From the NCBI GenBank assembly GCA_964016885.1, contig OZ024757.1:248001-312000 (forward strand): a stretch of DNA of 64,000 bases, read 5' to 3'. Source of the stretch: Eledone cirrhosa. Its lineage: Eukaryota. Positions 56,901-64,000 of this stretch are shown here, piece after piece (position 1 is the first letter of the stretch; each line of letters opens with the position of its first letter). The notes beneath the pieces were generated by a model, which saw only the letters and a program-made list of their open reading frames with translations, ran no database searches and had not been told where the DNA came from. The translations under genes were made by a program, and so were the position numbers.

Positions 56901-58866
56901 TGGTAGTGATATAACAAGGAATGATATGACAGGTTATTGACTACTGGTAGTGATATAACAAGGAATGATATGACAGGCTATTGACTACTGGTAGTGATAT
57001 AACTAGGAATGATATGACAGCTTATTGACTACTGGTAATGATATAACAAGGAATGATACGACAGGTTATTGACTACTGGTAATGATATAACAAGGAATGA
57101 TACGACAGGTTATTGACTACTGGTAGTGATATAACAAGGAATGATATGACAGGTTATTGACTACTGGTAGTGATATAACAAGGAATGATATGACAGGTTA
57201 TTGACTACTGGTAGTGATATAACAAGGAATGATACGAGAGGTTATTGACTACTGGTAGTGATATAACAAGGAATGATATGAGAGGTTATTGACTACTGGT
57301 AGTGATATAACAAGGAATGATATGAGAGGTTATTGACTACTGGTAGTGATATAACAAGGAATGATATGAGAGGTTATTGACTACTGGTAGTGATATAACA
57401 AGGAATGATATGACAGGTTATTGACTACTGGTAGTGATATAACAAGGAATGATATGAGAGGTTATTGACTACTGGTAGTGATATAACAAGGAATGATATG
57501 ACAGGTTATTGACTACTGGTAGTGATATAACAAGGAATGATATGACAGGTTATTGAGTACTGGTAGTGATATAACAAGGAATGATATGACAGGTTATTGA
57601 GTACTGGTAGTGATATAACAAGGAATGATATGAGAGGTTATTGACTACTGGTAGCGATATAACAAGGAATGATATGACAGGCTATTGACTAGTAGTAGTG
57701 ATATAACAAGGAATGATATGAGAGGTTATTGACTACTGGTAGTAGTGATATAACAAGGAATGATATGACAGGTTATTGACTACTGGTAGTGATATAACAA
57801 GGAATGATATGACAGGCTATTGACTACTGGTAGTGATATAACAAGGAATGATATGACAGGCTATTGACTAGTAGTAGTGATATAACAAGGAATGATATGA
57901 CAGGCTATTGACTACTGGTAGTGATATAACAAGGAATGATATGAGAGGTTATAGACTACTGGTAGTGATATAACAAGGAATGATATGACAGGCTATTGAC
58001 TACTGGTAGTGATATAACAAGGAATGATATGACAGGCTATTGACTACTGGTAGTGATATAACAAGGAATGATATGACAGGTTATTGACTACTGGTAGTGA
58101 TATAACAAGGAATGATATGACAGGTTATTGACTACTGGTAGTGATATAACAAGGAATGATATGACAGGTTATTGACTACTGGTAGTGATATAACAAGGAA
58201 TGATATGACAGGTTATTGACTACTGGTAGTGATATAACAAGGAATGATATGACAGGTTATTGACTACTGGTAGTGATATAACAAGGAATGATATGACAGG
58301 TTATTGACTACTGGTAGTGATATAACAAGGAATGATATGACAGGTTATTGACTACTGGTAGTGATATAACAAGGAATGATATGACAGGTTATTGACTACT
58401 GGTAGTGATATAACAAGGAATGATATGAGAGGTTATTGACTACTGGTAGTGATATAACAAGGAATGATATGAGAGGTTATTGACTACTGGTAGTGATATA
58501 ACAAGGAATGATATGACAGGTTATTGACTACGGTAGTGATATAACAAGGAAGGATATGAGAGGTTATTGACGACTGGTAGTGATATAACAAGGAATGATA
58601 TGACAGGCTATTGACTACTAGTAGTGATATAACAAGGAATGATATTACAGGCTATTGACTACTGGTAGTGATATAACAAGGAATGATATGACAGGCTATT
58701 GACTACTGGTAGTGATATAACAAGGAATGATATGACAGGTTATTGACTACTGGTAGTGATATAACAAGGAATGATATGATAGGCTATTGACTACTGGTAG
58801 TGATATAACAAGGAATGATATGAGAGGTTATTGACTACTGGTAGTGATATAACAAGGAATGATATG
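50918..58866. repeat. 44-bp satellite array, about 180 units
   Basis: Consensus TGATATAACAAGGAATGATATGACAGG(T/C)TATTGACTACTGGTAG repeats continuously. Confidence 0.99.
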
Positions 58867-59056
58867 TGATAAAAAGGCAAATAATTATGTCTTCTAATTA
58901 ATCTCTCAAGGAAATGGAGAAATTAGTTAAATATAAAGATCTAGAGGTAAAAATAATTCAAATGTGGATGGTGAAAACAGAAACAATACCTGTAATAATA
59001 GTTGCTCTGGGAATAAAAACAAAACAGAAAGACACATAACAGAAACCTCACAACTT

Positions 59057-59057
<1 letters not shown>

Positions 59058-59087
<30 letters not shown>
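59058..59087. repeat. (CA)n(TA)n compound microsatellite
   Basis: Read directly from the sequence. Confidence 0.9.
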
Positions 59088-59317
59088 CAACAGAAAGTAA
59101 CACTACTAGGTACTACACATATATTACATAGAGTACCCCAGGACTTACATATATATGATCGTGTCCACAAGACATGTATCAGACGGTGTTTCAGCTAACT
59201 CTATTAGAACCCTATTATGTACAGCCACCAACAAATGTCCCTTCACCATCAAAGCAGCTCCCTCATATACAGATACACAATCCCTACTTGGCTGGCTAAT
59301 CTCGACATAGTCATAAT

Positions 59318-59385
59318 TGTTTCTACTTTGGGCACAAGGCCAGCAATTATCACAGTGTATTACTGGTACTTTAGTCAATGAAACG
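59318..59385 (-). mobile_element. Possible degenerate SINE 3' fragment
   Basis: Minus strand AAGTACCAGT...AATTGCTGGCCTTGTGCCCAAAGTAGAAAC resembles, from memory only, an abundant octopus interspersed repeat. Not verified. Confidence 0.35.
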
Positions 59386-59470
59386 AAACCCACGTTTAAA
59401 TAAGTTTCAACCATAAGTAGATGAAGTGAATTAATTTGAAAGAGATTTATTAGACTAAAACGACGATAAC

Positions 59471-60229
59471 TTTAATTTACTTCAAACAGCGAGGTACAGT
59501 TAAATATAAAATATATTTTATAATATAAGGTAGTAAATAACATAATATAAATAGACAGAGGTAATTGAAATAATAAAGATATCTTTAATTTACTTCTAAC
59601 AACGAGGTACAGTTAAATATAAAATATATTTTAGAATATAAGGTAGTAAATAATATAAATAGACGGAGGTAATTGAAATAATAAAGATATATTTAATTTA
59701 CTTCAAACAGCGAGGTACAGTTAAATATAAAATATATTTTATAATATAAGGTAGTAAATAATATAAATAGACGGAGGTAATTGAAATAATAAAGATATAT
59801 TTAATTTACTTCAAACAGCGAGGTACAGTTAAATATAAAATATATTTTATAATATAAGGTAGTAAATAATATAAATAGACGGAGGTAATTGAAATAATAA
59901 AGATATCTTTAACTTACTTCAAACAACGAGGTACAGTTAAATATAAAATATATTTTAGAATATAAGGTAGTAAATAATATAAATAGACGGAGGTAATTGA
60001 AATAATAAAGATATATTTAATTTACTTCAAACAGCGAGGTACAGTTAAATATAAAATATATTTTATAATATAAGGTAGTAAATAATATAAATAGACGGAG
60101 GTAATTGAAATAATAAAGATATCTTTAATTTACTTCTAACAACGAGGTACAGCTAAATATAATATATATTTTATAATATAAGGTAGTAAATAACTTAATA
60201 AATAGACGGAGGTAATTGAAATAATAAAG
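59471..60229. repeat. 108-bp AT-rich tandem repeat, about 7 copies
   Basis: CGAGGTACAG recurs at 59490, 59603, 59711, 59819, 59927, 60035 and 60143 (period 108, first interval 113). Confidence 0.97.
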
Positions 60230-60464
60230 ACAGTCATGATAACAATATATTTTATATTACATGTAACAGTGGAATCTGTCTATTGAAAAATAACCCATTT
60301 CAGTTTGGAAGTATTTTTCTCTATATATAAAATGACGAGGTTGAAATATCTTCTCCCAATGTTGTTATATATTTTCACTTTTATATAATTACTGTATCGT
60401 TGAAAGGTTCACATAATTCTATTTTTTACATACATTAATATAGACTTCAAATGAATCTTTGTCA

Positions 60465-60473
60465 ACTTACCTC
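60465..60473 (-). promoter_or_regulatory. Candidate splice donor of an upstream non-coding exon
   Basis: Minus strand GAG|GTAAGT is a full consensus donor in unique sequence, on the same strand as the zinc-finger gene. The link to that gene is inferred. Confidence 0.4.
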
Positions 60474-61094
60474 CTTCATATATAATCAATGTGTTGTTAG
60501 ATTTTACTAAACAACAAAAGAAATAATCTCTTTGTTGTTAAATTAGAAATTTCAAAGATGTTATCAGCTTTATTTCAGGACATCAACGTTGGTGTAACTT
60601 CTTCATATTTAGTCATGAATTGATATCTTGTCAGAATAAAGTAGTGATGCCGACTTTATGTCTTTAGCCAGAGATTTGATAGGAAGTATGTATATATTAG
60701 GTTGATATGTGGTTTAAATATATATATATTGTCCACAAATGACTGATAGCAGATATTCTGGTGAAATAGTCGTTTTTCTACTACAGATTATAATGGAACT
60801 CTTAGAAGACACAATTGTAAACTAAGAATACATATGACAGTGTAAGACTGATGTCAGGGAAAGAAAATGTGTGTGTATATATATATATATTTAATTGTTA
60901 CGCAAGATATAATTAGACTAATTAAAGTTGTAATTAAGACCGCAGGTACGCTGTGTCGTTGACAATATTTCAACTTTCTTACCGGTGTCGTACGTTAAAA
61001 GTCCCTGATATAATTTAATCCATTCAAACACATTTCCAATCGTATGTAATTGAGGGTAAATCGAAAGGTGATATGCAAGGCCGACTGTTGGTCT

Positions 61095-61185
61095 TATTAA
61101 TACAACTTTGCCCGGACCTGTGCCTCAGAGGTAAACTTTCTAGGTGCAAATCACATGGGCATTTGTGACCAAAGGGGGTCTTTGA
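61095..61185 (+). mobile_element. Possible SINE-like 3' fragment ending at a (TA)n tract
   Basis: ctttgcccggacctgtgcctcagaggtaaactttctaggtgcaaatcacatgg...gaccaaagggggtcttt resembles, from memory only, a common octopus short interspersed repeat. Not verified. Confidence 0.35.
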
Positions 61186-61483
61186 TATATATATATATTG
61201 TTATACTTGGGGAGGGTCATATTTGTGTAATATTGCCAGAATTAATAACAGAACACACTCACTGTTTGGTTGGTTTTCACTTCTCGCTTCTGTGTCTTTT
61301 ATATCGGTAATCTAACTTACTCGGTCCTCAATGATGCCATTGACTGACCGACGGTCAAAAATAATACAGATGCAATATAGACACAAACACATATATATAG
61401 TTTATCATAAATCTTTCGTTGCACATCTGCAACATCGTCAGTGGTGTTATATTATCCTCTTGTTTTATTGTATGTCTACGTCA

Positions 61484-61558
61484 TTTTTATTCAGTCTGTC
61501 TATATATTTATTTTATTCAGTCTGTCTATATATTTATATATTTTATTCAGTCTGTCTA
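61484..61558. repeat. Three-copy short tandem repeat TTTTATTCAGTCTGTCTA(TATATTTA)
   Basis: Read directly; abuts the truncated end of the RT fragment. Confidence 0.9.
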
Positions 61559-62900
61559 ATACAGGTAGTCTACTGTTAGGGTGTTTGGAAGGGAAGTCGA
61601 TAGTTACAGTTATACTCTGGTGTATGGAATTAGCTATCTGCTGGATGCTTTCCATCGTGCTACGTTCTAAATCAAACTTGTTAGTGCTCTCTAGTGGGGG
61701 TGTTCTTATAACTATATTGATATCGTCTACATAACGAGAGTACATGATGAGGTCTATGGAGTTCTCATTAAGGAGATCTTTAAGTCTCCTTTCCCACCAT
61801 AACATGAAAAGGTTGGCAACATCACCAGCTATGCTGACGCCGATGGCTGCTCCCTTTTTTGGGGTGTAGATCTTCTCGTTAAACTTAAATATGTGGCCCT
61901 TTAGGGTAGTTTTGATACTAGCCCCTATTGCATGTGCGACCATTTTTCTTACCTGATCATTGTTTTGGGGGGTCCGTATAGCTTTGGTCCACCAAATCCA
62001 CCTTCCCATGCGAGTCTTTTTTGCCATAGAGGTTATGGTGGGGGGGTCTACCTCTTATAGGTCTACTAGGGCAGAAACATCTAACGTCATGGCTGTCTAG
62101 GTAGTCAGTGTCGTAGGTAAGTCTAAGTAGGAGGCCCAGTTCGTATGTGTCGACGTCGCAGAACTCCACCTCACTCTCAATGATCATCTCCACACATCTT
62201 TTCACAGCAAAATCAATGTTTATGGATGGGTACAGTGACACCACATCCATGCTGCCTATTATGCAGTTGGATAGGTTCCTGTTTTTGTTGCACTCACTGA
62301 TTCTGCTGAGGAGGTCCTCTGTACTGTCACATACATCTGGACACATCTTGATTATGGGGCGTATAACCATTGAGAGGAAGTAGGAGATCCTGTAGTTGCT
62401 AGCTATATTAGCTCCGCATACGGATCTTGTTGGTGGTCCTGTTGTCGGGTCGTCGACTGTCTTGTGGTCTTTGCAGAGCCCATACAAGGGTGGTATGCCA
62501 TTGTTAGACGCCTGGAAGTTGTTGGCAGTGCGTCTGCTTGGCTTTAGGATGTCAGTCCACATCATCATGTGAGCGTTGAGGATTTTCTCTCTCCCATCGT
62601 GTGTTTGTTGTGCAATTTCGCTCGTGTTGGTGATGTGGGGTTGCATAGCCTTGATGTAGTTCGGTATGCTATCTATTGACATCCTACCAGACTTATCCGT
62701 GGGTAGGCATACTACCTCACCATCCCTTGTGCGCTGCTTGAGGTTACCAAGCCTTCTACAGGTTTCCTCCCAAGTTGTTGGGCCTCTGGTCTGCTCTGTC
62801 TCTTAGTATACCTGTCTACTATTTGTCTAATCTTATTTCTAGCTATGGTGAACTGTGCCTCTGTCTCGTCATCTATTTGTTGTGGTATGCAAACTCTTTT
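61552..62900 (-). pseudogene. Penelope-like element reverse transcriptase fragment, probably Naiad-type, frameshifted and truncated at both ends
   Basis: VVCLPTDKSGRMSID (PLE DKG motif), PPLYGLCKDHK, GPPTRSVCGA, IGSMDVVSLYPSI, a long insert, GAAIGVSIAGDVANLFM, YSRYVDD and PSKHPNSRLPVLD. Frameshifts fall at the G run near 62040-62046 and at about 62750-62800. No GIY-YIG domain is seen. Confidence 0.88.
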
Positions 62901-63343
62901 ATTATTATTATTATTTTTTTTGGGGGGGGGGGGGGCAATATTACACAAATATGACCCTCCCCAAGTATAACAATACTTGTTTCGACACACGATTTCATGT
63001 AAGAAACCTCGCAAAACTAATATATATATATATATATATATAAAATAGAGGTGTAACACACGAGTTGTGATATATTAGTAAAAAGGAAAAGAAAATGCTG
63101 ACAAATTTTTCCCAGTGAAAAATAGTTTAATTAGGAATAAGTATAAATTAGTAATAAGTATTAATTAGTATTCAGTTTTAGTTTTAAGTTTTTACCGGTT
63201 GCGCATTTCTTATGCTTTTCAAAAATAATTTTGAGATAGAGTGCTCGTGATTTTTGCTCTAATCTGATCAGTTTTGGAAATTCTTCCTGTTTTATGTGAA
63301 AAAAGTGGCTTGAGAGGCATTAAAATTTGTTTGGTTGTTGAAT

Positions 63344-63479
63344 GTCACGTGAATAAACACTATAAAATTCGCGCCAATTCGTGTGGCAAAAATTCTTGTC
63401 GTAAAAACAATTTTGATTGGTCGGTAGAAGTCACGTGAATGTTTAAATTGATTTTAGCGCGAGCTGGTTTCGCGCCAAA
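63344..63479. promoter_or_regulatory. Candidate promoter with two GTCACGTGA E-boxes, two E2F-like sites and a CCAAT box
   Basis: GTCACGTGA at 63344 and 63430; TTCGCGCCAA at 63368; TTTCGCGCCAAA at 63468; GATTGG at 63415; TATAAAA at 63361. Local CpG enrichment in otherwise CpG-poor DNA. Confidence 0.6.
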
Positions 63480-63576
63480 TGTAGGTTTGTCGAAGAATGT
63501 CCTTTTCCGCTTGATTGAGTTGCAGTCATGTTGAGGGGTCAACAGTTCAGATGTCTATTAAGACAAATATGTGTGT

Positions 63577-63720
63577 GTAGCAAAGTGGTTCATTTGTTGT
63601 GATAATGGAAATGAATCGGTCAGTAGGAATGTATGTGTGTGGCGGGGGGGGGGGTAGCAAAGTGGTTCAGTTGTGATAAGGGAAATGAATCGGTCAGTAG
63701 GAATGTGTGTGTGGGGGGGG
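63577..63720. repeat. Two-copy ~77-bp direct duplication
   Basis: GTAGCAAAGTGGTTCA...GGAAATGAATCGGTCAGTAGGAATGT...G-run starts at 63577 and again at 63654. Confidence 0.9.
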
Positions 63721-64000
63721 TTATTTTAACATGTTAAAACATTTTTCAGCTCTTGTCTTATACGGAGAAGTGTGTGTGTCTGTCTGTATGTTAGTGTTCG
63801 AGTGTGTGTGTGTATGGACCAGTATTTTTGTGGTACTGGTATGTCACTGTGGGTATGTCACTATTTATAAAACAAACTTTGTATTGTACCAAAGTTTTGG
63901 TACCCTTGAAATATATATATAATAGAATAAACATGGTTTTATAAATAGATTCCATTTATTAATATCATTGATATTATACTCCAGAAAACCAGTCGAGTGC

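Larger units (their letters stand above)
61196..62975. mobile_element. Element bounded by a perfect 42-bp inverted repeat (non-autonomous DNA-transposon-like or Helentron-like); the right end may extend to about 63019
   Basis: 61196-61237 TATTGTTATACTTGGGGAGGGTCATATTTGTGTAATATTGCC is the exact reverse complement of 62934-62975. (TA)n tracts lie at 61186-61197 and 63021-63042. No transposase is encoded inside. Confidence 0.85.

Noticed and set aside
59145-59414. 89-aa ORF
   Set aside because: No motif support, and it overlaps a probable repeat fragment.
61500-62900. Bacterial retron/DGR/group II RT, or telomerase, using the satellites as template
   Set aside because: The motifs are PLE-type and the context is eukaryotic. 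The ORF is broken, and no satellite-matching template sequence lies in the element.
62976-63010. PLE-associated hammerhead ribozyme (CGAAAC on the minus strand)
   Set aside because: The CUGANGA box is absent (reads ACATGA) and stem II does not pair.
63360-63922. Short ORFs at the right end
   Set aside because: Low complexity or overlapping promoter-like motifs, with no coding signature.

Overview
This window is eukaryotic, repeat-dominated DNA. The tandem C2H2 gene style and RTE content suggest an octopus or other coleoid cephalopod (inference). From left to right it contains: a >41 kb 40-bp satellite with kb-scale higher-order duplications that runs directly into the 3' part of a decayed minus-strand RTE LINE; a minus-strand poly-C2H2 zinc-finger gene (393 aa) followed by about 1.1 kb of decayed fingers; a ~55-57 bp minisatellite made of overlapping palindromes; a near-full-length dead plus-strand RTE LINE (APE, RT, embedded PHD-like finger); an 8 kb 44-bp satellite; a 108-bp tandem repeat; and a candidate promoter with paired E-box and E2F sites. 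The most unusual object is a ~1.8 kb unit (about 61196-63019) bounded by a perfect 42-bp inverted repeat and (TA)n tracts. It is filled mostly by a Penelope-like (Naiad-type) reverse transcriptase fragment, i.e. DNA-transposon-like or Helentron-like ends around retroelement cargo. All family assignments come from motif recognition, not database searches.
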